Of a stretch of DNA of 41,086 nt, positions 17,225 to 25,588 are shown one piece after another. Numbering within the stretch: the first letter of the stretch is position 1; every line of letters begins with the position of its first letter. Both the position numbers and the translations under genes were made by a program. Source of the DNA: Candidatus Aenigmatarchaeota archaeon (GTDB taxonomy: Archaea > Aenigmatarchaeota > Aenigmatarchaeia > CG10238-14 > SpSt-28); contig JAHLMO010000004.1 in the NCBI GenBank assembly GCA_018920305.1, forward strand, positions 1 through 41,086. The letters are read 5' to 3'. Below the pieces are notes generated by a model that worked only from the letters and a program-made list of their open reading frames with translations, did no database searches and was not told the DNA's origin.

Positions 17225-18568
17225 ATGTATAATTCTATTTTAGTTGGTGTAGATGAAATTTGGTTAAAATCAGAAGTAAAAAGAAAAAAATTAATGAAAA
17301 TTTTGTTAGAAGATATAAAAAAGAGAATTAATACAGAAAAAATTATAGAAAAGAGAGGAAGAATTATAATAGATGAATATAATGATGAATATCTAGAAAA
17401 ATTAAAAAAAGTTTTTGGAATTAAAGTAATCTATCCAGCTATTAAGGTAAAATCTGATATAGATGAAATATCTAAAGCAGCTTTAATTTTGCTAGAAAAT
17501 TCAAATTTAAGTTTTAAAGTAAAGACTAAAAGAGTTTATAAAGGATTTTCAAAAAATTCTTTAGAAGTAAATAGGGAAGTTGGAGATTTTATAGTTAAAA
17601 ATAAGAATTTAAAAGTTGATTTAAAGAAGCCAGAAAAAATAATTTATGTAGAAATTCATAAAAAATTTTCTTTTGTTAGCGATAAAAAAATTAAATGCTT
17701 AGGTGGTTTACCTATTGGAAGTGAGGGGAAAGCAATAATGTTATTCTCTGGTGGAATTGATTCTATGGTAGCTTCAATATTAATAGGTAAAAGAGGAATA
17801 AATTTAGATTTTTTATTCATTAATTTAGGCGGTAATGTAATGGAATATTTTATAGTAAGGGCTTTTGAAAAAATAAAAGAATATTTTCCTTATTCTAAAC
17901 TTTTTATATTAGATTTTGATTTTGAAAATTTTTTTAAAATAAGAGAAGGTTATAGACAAATTTGTTTTAAATATTTAATTTATAAAGTTGCTGAGGAATT
18001 TTCAAAATTTAATAATTATAAAGCTATAGTTAGCGGAGAGAGTATTGGCCAGGTATCTTCTCAAACTTTTGATTCTTTAATACTATTAGAAAATCAAATT
18101 GAAGTTCCGATATTAAGACCTTTAATTTCATTTAATAAAGATGAAATAGTCGAACTTGGAAAAAAATTTGATTTGCTAGAATTTAGAGCTTCAGAATTAT
18201 GCCAATTAGAAAAACATTCTAATGCACATCCGTCAGAAAATATTTTAAAGGAAGAATTTTCAAAATTGAATATTGATTTTAGAGATTTAATAAAGAATAT
18301 AAGAGAAGCAAAAAAAGAAGAATTGGACTTTTCTGTATTTATAGAGAATTATAATGAAGATTTAGTTGTTGTTGATATAAAAGAAGCTGATAAGTTAAAT
18401 TTTAAAAGTGATAAAGGTTATTTAATAGTTTGTTCTAAGGGAATTTTAGCTTATCATTATGCAAAAAAATTAAGAGAAAAAGGTATAAATGCATATGCTT
18501 TAGATTACAAGACAGCAACAAGATTGGGATATAAAGTTGAACAAATGAGTGTAGAAAATAATAAATAA
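17225..18568 (+). CDS. thiI: tRNA 4-thiouridine synthase ThiI (THUMP + PP-loop + C-terminal rhodanese-like domain)
   Basis: EIWLKS, GGLPIG, SGGIDS, GESIGQVSSQT, LRPL...K.EI; C-terminal IVCSKG..A...A..L...G. Start taken at ATG 17225. Confidence 0.92.
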   Translation: MYNSILVGVDEIWLKSEVKRKKLMKILLEDIKKRINTEKIIEKRGRIIIDEYNDEYLEKLKKVFGIKVIYPAIKVKSDIDEISKAALILLENSNLSFKVKTKRVYKGFSKNSLEVNREVGDFIVKNKNLKVDLKKPEKIIYVEIHKKFSFVSDKKIKCLGGLPIGSEGKAIMLFSGGIDSMVASILIGKRGINLDFLFINLGGNVMEYFIVRAFEKIKEYFPYSKLFILDFDFENFFKIREGYRQICFKYLIYKVAEEFSKFNNYKAIVSGESIGQVSSQTFDSLILLENQIEVPILRPLISFNKDEIVELGKKFDLLEFRASELCQLEKHSNAHPSENILKEEFSKLNIDFRDLIKNIREAKKEELDFSVFIENYNEDLVVVDIKEADKLNFKSDKGYLIVCSKGILAYHYAKKLREKGINAYALDYKTATRLGYKVEQMSVENNK

Positions 18569-18594
18569 CTTATAAATTTTATATAATATAAATA

Positions 18595-18921
18595 ATGAAC
18601 GAGTTAAAAAACTTAGAAGAGTTTGAAAATGTTTTAAAGGATTCAGAAAAATATGCGATATTAATAGATTTTTATGCAGATTGGTGCATGCCTTGTAAAT
18701 ATGTTGCACCAATATTAGAAAGAATCGAAGAAAAGTATAAAGATAAATTAAAAGTTCTTAAAATTAATGTTGAAGATTTTCCAGAAATAACGATGAAATT
18801 TGGAATTGTAGGTGTTCCAACGATTGTTATAATCAAAAATAGAGAAGAAATAGATAGATTTGTTGGTGCTGCGTCTGAAACTAAAATTATTGAATGGTTA
18901 AAGGAAAATAATATTATCTAG
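18595..18921 (+). CDS. trxA: Thioredoxin
   Basis: DFYADWCMPC, GVPT, FVGA. Confidence 0.95.
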   Translation: MNELKNLEEFENVLKDSEKYAILIDFYADWCMPCKYVAPILERIEEKYKDKLKVLKINVEDFPEITMKFGIVGVPTIVIIKNREEIDRFVGAASETKIIEWLKENNII

Positions 18922-19951
18922 TTTTTTTAGTAATCCATCTATCTACATATCTTTCTTTATTTTGTAAAACAACTACTCTAGATCTCTTATCTTCATCCAT
19001 ATATTCGAAATTTGGCAAATACTTTAATAATTCAAATGCCCATTCTTTTATTTCTTCGTGAGTTAACATATCTTCTTTTTTCAATCTTTTTGTTGATAAA
19101 CCTAAATGCATATATGATTTTACCTCAACAAAATGCGGATTTCCAATCTTAATTAATTCTGCCCAATTAGGTATTTTTGATTTATCATAATTTAAACTTC
19201 TTATTAATGTTATTCTAATTACTGTTCTACAATTAGCTTTAGATAAAAATTGTAAACTTTTATTCCATCTTTCCCACGCATCTTTGTAGAGAGGAACATT
19301 AACTTTTTTGAAAGTTTCGAAATCAGCTGCATTCATAGATAAATATAATTGCGTAGGTAATGCGTTTTCTTTTTGTAATTTTTCTAACATTTCTGGTTCT
19401 TGACCATTAGTAACTAAAAAAATTGATTTTGTTGAAGGAAGTGATTTTAAATAATTTACTAATTTATCTAGTTTTGGGTACATAGTTGGTTCTCCGCTTA
19501 ACGAAATTGCAAAATGAGATGGCATGCCATTAAAAATTTCTTTAAAAACTTTTTTATCAACTTTTGGATTTCCGCCGAAACCACTTAATAATCTTTTCCA
19601 TTCTTTTATCAAATTTTTTATTATTTCTTTTGGCTCGTCTACTTTATTTTCATCCATTTTTAAGAGTTTATAAAATTCTGTCGCTCTCCAGCAATATATA
19701 CATCTATTTTGACAAAACATTGCAGCAGGACTAAATTGCATACATCTTAGTGTTTCAATTCCATAAAATTTGTTTTTATAGCATCCACTCTCGCCTTCTA
19801 AGGCTTTTTCATGTAGATGACATATTTCGACAGCAGAATGATTGTATACACCATACCCAGCTTTAAGTAATTTTTTCTTCGTGTTTTCATCTATCTTTAT
19901 TTTATCTTCTATTATCTCTATTATCGAGAATTCTTCTTTAGAATTTTCCAT
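18914..19951 (-). CDS. taw1: 4-demethylwyosine synthase (Taw1/TYW1, radical SAM)
   Basis: HSAVEIC, CYK.KFYGI, RC.Q.SP...CQNRCIYCWR, AISLSGEPT, FVEVKSYMHLG. Confidence 0.95.
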   Translation of the reverse strand: MENSKEEFSIIEIIEDKIKIDENTKKKLLKAGYGVYNHSAVEICHLHEKALEGESGCYKNKFYGIETLRCMQFSPAAMFCQNRCIYCWRATEFYKLLKMDENKVDEPKEIIKNLIKEWKRLLSGFGGNPKVDKKVFKEIFNGMPSHFAISLSGEPTMYPKLDKLVNYLKSLPSTKSIFLVTNGQEPEMLEKLQKENALPTQLYLSMNAADFETFKKVNVPLYKDAWERWNKSLQFLSKANCRTVIRITLIRSLNYDKSKIPNWAELIKIGNPHFVEVKSYMHLGLSTKRLKKEDMLTHEEIKEWAFELLKYLPNFEYMDEDKRSRVVVLQNKERYVDRWITKKTR

Positions 19952-19980
19952 AAGATATATTTCCCTTCTATGAATTAATT

Positions 19981-20316
19981 ATGAAAATCTTATGCGAAGT
20001 TGTTAGTAACGAGTTTTTGCCTATAGTTAGAGCTTTGATATCTAAGAATTTAATAGAAAAATATGGATTTACACAAACTGAAGTAGCTGAAATATTAGGA
20101 GTATCTCAACCTCTAATTTCCTTTTATCTTTCTGGTTTAAGAGCAAAAAACGTTAAAAAATTTCTAGAAAACAAAAAGGAAGTTCTCGAAGAAATTGAAA
20201 ATCTATGTAGAAAAATTGTATACGAAAAAATAGACGAAAAAGAGCTTGCTCAAAAAATTATTGAAATAGCGAAAAAATGTTATAAAGAAGATAATGTGAT
20301 AATTCCATGCAGATAG
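19981..20316 (+). CDS. HTH transcriptional regulator (COG2522-like)
   Basis: CE.....LP.VRA; GFTQTEVAEILGVSQPLISFYLSGLR. Confidence 0.85.
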   Translation: MKILCEVVSNEFLPIVRALISKNLIEKYGFTQTEVAEILGVSQPLISFYLSGLRAKNVKKFLENKKEVLEEIENLCRKIVYEKIDEKELAQKIIEIAKKCYKEDNVIIPCR

Positions 20317-21555
20317 CTATTCGTATCTTAATGCTTCTATAGCTTCTAATTTCGAAGCCCTTTTAGCTGGGAAATATCCGGCAAGAGTTCCACTTAAAAA
20401 TCCAATTAGAAGAGCAATACCGATTGAAGTATACTCAATAGTAAAGAAATTTTCTATTCCAGCTCTAAATATCGTGGAACTCATATAACTAGTTACTATA
20501 TATTGTAGACCTAAAGAAAGAAGTATTCCAATTATGCAACCAATGATAGAGCCAATCAATCCTATTATTGCAGATTCAAATAAGAAAATTTTTAGAATAT
20601 CTCTGTTTCTTGCTCCTATCGCTTTTAATATTCCTATTTCTTTTGTTCTTTCCATGACAGCTGTAAACATGGTATTAGAAATTCCTACAGAACCAACTAA
20701 AATAGAAACAAAAGCTATCGATAGAAGAAACAATGATAAAGTAGATAGAGTTTCTGAAACTATGCTTCTGTAAAAGGAAGGAGTTACTATTGTAAAAGTT
20801 TCTCTTCCCTCTCTTTCTCTTCTTAAATATAATAGAAGTTCATAAACCTTTTTTCCAACTTCTTCTATATCGTAATCATTTCTAACTTTTATTACAATAT
20901 GGCTTAATTGATTATTCGTTTCATAAATTTTTTTAAAATCTTTAATCGAAATAAAAACTGCTCTATCAAAATTGCTTAACATTCCGCCAGCTTCATTTAA
21001 TATTCCAACTACTCTAAATGTTTTATTTAGTATTTGAATTTTATCTCCAACTTTTATATTTTCCTTAAAAAATTCGGTAGAAGCTCTAAATCCAAGAATT
21101 ACTTCTCCTTCTTTTTCTATAAACCTTCCATATTTAATTCCAATTCTTTCTGCCTCTATTTTTTTCCAAGAATCGATACCATAAATTCCATATACATTTA
21201 GTCCGTATTCTTCTCTCTTATACCTAACAGGTAAATTATGATAGAATACTCCATAGACATTTTCTACACCATCAATTTTTTTAATTCTCTCTACATCGCT
21301 TTCAGAAAAAGTAGCAGTTCTTGCAAATGCGAATTGTAGCTTTCTGCCCATCTGAACTGGTAATATAGTTATGATGTCTGAACCTAAACTTTTTTCTAAG
21401 CTATAAGCAATGCTTTTTTCCATAGCTTTTCCTAAATTAAATATTGCTACAAAAACGGCAGTTCCAATTATAATTCCTAGAATTGTTAAAAAACTTCTTA
21501 GTTTTCTTCTTTGTAAATTTTTGAAAACAATAATAAGAATTTCAATTAAATTCAT
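20317..21555 (-). CDS. ABC exporter permease (MacB/FtsX family)
   Basis: RKLRSFLTILGIIIG, GISNTMFTAVMERTKEIGILKAIGA, PAKRASKL...EALRYE. Confidence 0.95.
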   Translation of the reverse strand: MNLIEILIIVFKNLQRRKLRSFLTILGIIIGTAVFVAIFNLGKAMEKSIAYSLEKSLGSDIITILPVQMGRKLQFAFARTATFSESDVERIKKIDGVENVYGVFYHNLPVRYKREEYGLNVYGIYGIDSWKKIEAERIGIKYGRFIEKEGEVILGFRASTEFFKENIKVGDKIQILNKTFRVVGILNEAGGMLSNFDRAVFISIKDFKKIYETNNQLSHIVIKVRNDYDIEEVGKKVYELLLYLRREREGRETFTIVTPSFYRSIVSETLSTLSLFLLSIAFVSILVGSVGISNTMFTAVMERTKEIGILKAIGARNRDILKIFLFESAIIGLIGSIIGCIIGILLSLGLQYIVTSYMSSTIFRAGIENFFTIEYTSIGIALLIGFLSGTLAGYFPAKRASKLEAIEALRYE

Positions 21556-22700
21556 TTCTTTTTTTTCTTAGAAAAAGATTTATAAATAATTATACTCAAA
21601 ATTATAAAAATTGATATAACGATGATATACAAAATAGGAAACATTTGAATAGATTGATTTGATCGTTGAACGTTTTTTATTCTTGATTGATATTTTTGAG
21701 AAATTATAAGATTAGAAGTTTCTATCGAAATTTCTTTTTCTTCTTCGTATTTATTATTCAAGGAGTCAAAATAAGTTAAACTAACTAATAAAAACTCTTT
21801 TAAATCAACATCGACTATATCATAATCTCCAGAATTCAATTCCTCTATAAAAAATGATTTTTCATTAATTTTTATTAAAATATTCTTTGCTTTTGATAAA
21901 CCAACGTTTACAATTTTTATGCTTACTCTATTTTCATAAACATCTTCTAGAAGAACATCTAATTTTGGTTTTGCTAAAACCTTTAATGAAAAGCTTTTTG
22001 TTTCATTAAAAATTCTTGAATAATCTTCATCAAAATATGAAATTAGGAATGGAATGCTATAATATCCTACGCTAGTCCAAGAATTAGCTAAAAGTGTAAT
22101 TGAAATTTTTGAAGATTCAAATTTTCTAATTTCTTTAATATAGAATTCATCTTTATGTGGAATTATATTTTGATTTGGTAAAATTTTTATTTTAACATCT
22201 CTTGCACTAGAATAACCACTATTATAAATTTCTAGTGTAACTGTAATGTTTTTTCCTAATTCTAAATATTCGCTTGAGAATTCAACATTTTTTATAAATA
22301 GAATTGGAAATCTAATAATTTTAATAGGAATATTGAGATCGAAGCTTTTCTTTTCAGAATCTATATAATATGAAATGTATGCTTTAATATTTGTTGTTTT
22401 TGCATTTTCACTTGTTTTAATTAAAAAACTTTGAGAAAATAAAGAGTTTGGAATTAGCTTTTCTAAATTAAATCTTTTTGGATAAATTTCTATATATTCG
22501 TTACTTTCGAAAATAATGTTTATAGATCTTATTTCATTTTTTGTAGGATTTTGAATATTTAAAATTAAAGTTGCATACGAATTTGGATATATTTCTTTTT
22601 CTGAAATTTGATAATTAACAATAAGCTGAGAATAGGTTGGAAACACTAGGAAAAAACCCAAAAACAATACTAATGTTTTTATTAAATTTTTCTTTGTCAT
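21552..22700 (-). CDS. COG1361-like (S-layer/Ig-fold) secreted membrane-anchored protein
   Basis: Signal peptide, repeated N.G.S.A..V.I Ig-like modules, C-terminal TM plus KKKKK; usual position between ABC ATPase and permease. Confidence 0.75.
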   Translation of the reverse strand: MTKKNLIKTLVLFLGFFLVFPTYSQLIVNYQISEKEIYPNSYATLILNIQNPTKNEIRSINIIFESNEYIEIYPKRFNLEKLIPNSLFSQSFLIKTSENAKTTNIKAYISYYIDSEKKSFDLNIPIKIIRFPILFIKNVEFSSEYLELGKNITVTLEIYNSGYSSARDVKIKILPNQNIIPHKDEFYIKEIRKFESSKISITLLANSWTSVGYYSIPFLISYFDEDYSRIFNETKSFSLKVLAKPKLDVLLEDVYENRVSIKIVNVGLSKAKNILIKINEKSFFIEELNSGDYDIVDVDLKEFLLVSLTYFDSLNNKYEEEKEISIETSNLIISQKYQSRIKNVQRSNQSIQMFPILYIIVISIFIILSIIIYKSFSKKKKK

Positions 22701-23380
22701 GATAATTTTTCTTCTATAATTTTTCCATCTTTAATTCTTATTATTCTATCTGCATATCTAGTCAATTCTTGATTATGAGTAACCATAATAATTGTCGTGC
22801 CACTATTATTTATTTTTTCAAATATTTTCATTACTTCCATCGCAGATTTATAATCTAAATTTCCTGTTGGTTCGTCTGCTAAAAGAATTTTAGGATTATT
22901 AGCTATTGCTCTAGCTATTGCAACCTTTTGTTGTTGACCTCCAGATAACTGGTTTGGTCTATTATAAAATCTTTCCTTTTCTAAACCAACTAATTCTAAT
23001 AATTCCATTGCTTTTTCTTTTGCATATTCTCTTGATTTTCCAGAAATTAACATTGGAAGCATTACACTTTCTAATGCATTTAAATATGGAAATAGATAAA
23101 AGAATTGAAATACAAAACCAATTTTTTCTCTTCTTATTAATGCTAATTCATTATCATCAAGCTTTGAAACATCTTCATTATCTATTATAACTTTTCCTTT
23201 AGATGGTTTATCTAAACAACCAATTATGTGAAGTAATGTTGATTTACCAGAGCCAGAGGGACCAAGAATACATAAAAACTCGCCTTTATCTACTTCTAAA
23301 TTGATTCCTTTCAAAACATAAACTTTAGAATTTCCAATAATATAATATTTCCAAATATTCTCTAGCTTTATAATTTTCAT
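22697..23380 (-). CDS. ABC transporter ATP-binding protein (LolD/MacB family)
   Basis: GPSGSGKST, IGFVFQ, LSGGQQQ, LADEPTGNLD, VTH. Confidence 0.97.
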   Translation of the reverse strand: MKIIKLENIWKYYIIGNSKVYVLKGINLEVDKGEFLCILGPSGSGKSTLLHIIGCLDKPSKGKVIIDNEDVSKLDDNELALIRREKIGFVFQFFYLFPYLNALESVMLPMLISGKSREYAKEKAMELLELVGLEKERFYNRPNQLSGGQQQKVAIARAIANNPKILLADEPTGNLDYKSAMEVMKIFEKINNSGTTIIMVTHNQELTRYADRIIRIKDGKIIEEKLS

Positions 23381-23458
23381 ATAATAAATTTACGATAAAT
23401 GGAAAATTTAAAAATTATCAAAAATTTAATGGATTGTGTTCTGAGAAATCAAGAAAGC

Positions 23459-24274
23459 TTAAGAAATTAAAGTTCTATTTAAAAGTTTAAGGAATTGAAA
23501 CAATATATATGCAAGATTTATAGCACTTTCTTTATTTTCTATTACAAATTCAACAAAATCTATTGCAACTATTTTTTTTATTTCTAATGAATTTATTATC
23601 TTGTAAATTTCATACATATTCAATCCAAAAGCTTCGGGAAAATTAGATTTTATCAAATAGTTTTCCATAACATCTACATCAAAGCTTATGTAAGTGCTTT
23701 CATATGATTTTAAGAAATTATTTATCTTTTTGATTGAATTTTCTAAATTTTCCTTTATATCAAAACTTGTAATATATTTAATTTTTTTATATTTTAAAAA
23801 CTCTTTTTCATCTTCATCCAAACTTCTTATACCTATTAGAAAAATTCTCTTAGAATCGATGGATTCTAACAGTCTTCTTAACCATGTAGCTCTTGAATAT
23901 TTATTTTCGTAGAAATTTTTTAAATCGGCATGTGCATCAAATATTAAAAATGAAAAATCTTCTTTGAATACTTGAGAAGAAAAAAACGTTATTAAATGAT
24001 TAGAAGAGAATATAATCGGAATTTTTTTATCGCTAGAAATTTTTAATATTTTTTGATAGATTTCTTCGAATTTTTTAATCCTTATATTTCCAAAATCAAA
24101 AATTTTTAAATTTTTCATTACATTATCAAAATTTTTAGGATCTAAAGGTTCTATATCTGCAAACTCTCTTAGTTTTTCTAAGTTTTTCTTTTCACTTTTT
24201 GTTTGATAAAAAGAAATTAGGCAAACATTAGATTCTTCGTATCCATGAATTGCAAATTTGAATTTTTTTACCAT
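23459..24274 (-). CDS. Arginase/agmatinase-family protein (divergent)
   Basis: FDAHADL, IGIRS, YISFDVDV, DFVE. Confidence 0.8.
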   Translation of the reverse strand: MVKKFKFAIHGYEESNVCLISFYQTKSEKKNLEKLREFADIEPLDPKNFDNVMKNLKIFDFGNIRIKKFEEIYQKILKISSDKKIPIIFSSNHLITFFSSQVFKEDFSFLIFDAHADLKNFYENKYSRATWLRRLLESIDSKRIFLIGIRSLDEDEKEFLKYKKIKYITSFDIKENLENSIKKINNFLKSYESTYISFDVDVMENYLIKSNFPEAFGLNMYEIYKIINSLEIKKIVAIDFVEFVIENKESAINLAYILFQFLKLLNRTLIS

Positions 24275-24275
24275 T

Positions 24276-25364
24276 TTATGAATTTTTAAATATTTTTATT
24301 AGTTCTTCGAAATAAGAAGTTCTTATTGATTTAGAGTCAAGATAACTTTTACTGGCTTTTAAATTTTTTTCTTTTAATTTCTGAATTAAAAAGTTTATAC
24401 TTTTTACATTAGTTTTTAATTTTTTTGCTAGAAGATGAGTATTGAAAGATATTGGAGGTATTGTATAATCTTCTGCAATATCGTTTAGAGCTTTTTCAAA
24501 AATTTTTCTTACTTCTGGATTTTCGACATTTTTAATAGATTTTTCAATATACTTTTCATCAAAAAGTTTTCCTATATATGTAGGTCCAAAATGCGAGAAC
24601 TTTTCATTACATATTTCGCATTTTTCATGAATACCAATTTTTTTGTTTAAACATGCTTTACAAAAACTTATAAAGTTTATATTTTCTCTAAGGTTCTTTT
24701 CAATTTTCTTTATAGACGATTTTTTAAGAATTATATATACTTTAGCGAAATGTTTTTCTGAAAAACTAAAAACCACATTTGAAATATATTCGAATGCACT
24801 AAAAAAATTAATAGTTTCTGAAATTAAATTTCTAATAGCAATTTCCCTTTCCATGTCATTTTCATAACAAAATATTCCATATCTCATTAAACATTTATCA
24901 CTATATTTTCCAGCTAGAGTTGCAATATCTGTTGCTGTTAAAGATAAAAGAGTTTCCTTAGATAAAAAATCTAAAATGTATGGAAAGAAAGATATTGGAG
25001 ATCCAAACGGATCTATATCTATTATATTAAACTTTTCGTTTAATTTACATTTCAAATTCTTTGCATTTTCGTTTAATATATTTATCTTTACATCGTTTAT
25101 TTTTGCATTTAATTTTAGATATTCTATTGCTTCTCTACTAACATCATTTGAATAAACCTCTAAATAGGGAATAGATTTTTTTATTCTTATCGAATTTGCA
25201 CCTATTGAAGCCAATAAATCTAGAAATTTATAATTCTCTTTTGCAAAATTTTTATAAATTTCGATATTTAGATTTCTTACAATTTTCATTTGCGGATTAT
25301 AAAAACTCTTTTTGTTTAGTAGCTTATTTAGTTTCAATTTAATATCTTCTTCAAAAATTTCCAT
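24276..25364 (-). CDS. trm1: tRNA (guanine26-N2)-dimethyltransferase
   Basis: FYNP.M...R, IDIDPFGSP, LTATD, CKAC...CEIC, GP.Y.G.L. Confidence 0.9.
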   Translation of the reverse strand: MEIFEEDIKLKLNKLLNKKSFYNPQMKIVRNLNIEIYKNFAKENYKFLDLLASIGANSIRIKKSIPYLEVYSNDVSREAIEYLKLNAKINDVKINILNENAKNLKCKLNEKFNIIDIDPFGSPISFFPYILDFLSKETLLSLTATDIATLAGKYSDKCLMRYGIFCYENDMEREIAIRNLISETINFFSAFEYISNVVFSFSEKHFAKVYIILKKSSIKKIEKNLRENINFISFCKACLNKKIGIHEKCEICNEKFSHFGPTYIGKLFDEKYIEKSIKNVENPEVRKIFEKALNDIAEDYTIPPISFNTHLLAKKLKTNVKSINFLIQKLKEKNLKASKSYLDSKSIRTSYFEELIKIFKNS

Positions 25365-25379
25365 ATTTTAGAAAACAAA

Positions 25380-25397
25380 CGAAAGCAATATATATAC
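25380..25397 (+). promoter_or_regulatory. Candidate BRE/TATA promoter for the 23S rRNA transcript
   Basis: CGAAAG followed by TATATATA about 180 nt upstream of the rRNA. It could also serve the divergent trm1. Confidence 0.4.
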
Positions 25398-25498
25398 TTA
25401 AGTTATAATTGATAAATTATACTAGCCGATGAAATAATGGAATATAATATAAATGATCTCTAATGAGTGCAGTGGGCACCTATAGAGGCTTAGATGCA

Positions 25499-25523
25499 AC
25501 CCTTAGCATATTTTGCTAAGGGT
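25499..25523 (+). other. Perfect hairpin in the pre-rRNA 5' leader
   Basis: ACCCTTAGCA / TGCTAAGGGT 10-bp stem with a 5-nt loop. Confidence 0.6.
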
Positions 25524-25555
25524 GAAGATTGAAAGCGATGATATGAGCTTAATGA

Positions 25556-25588
25556 GAGGGAGATACAAGATAATATTCGGGTTGGTGG
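25556..25588 (+). other. 5' arm of the 23S processing stem with bulge-helix-bulge motif
   Basis: GAGGGAGATACAAGA-TAAT-ATT-CGGGTTGGTGG pairs with 28589-28621. Confidence 0.9.

Noticed and set aside
25458-25550. tRNA or C/D-box sRNA upstream of the 23S (hairpins; AAGC-GATGATATGA-GCTT resembles a K-loop)
   Set aside because: There is no cloverleaf or T-loop, and the K-loop-like element has too short a loop and no full C/D boxes. It is best treated as pre-rRNA leader structure.
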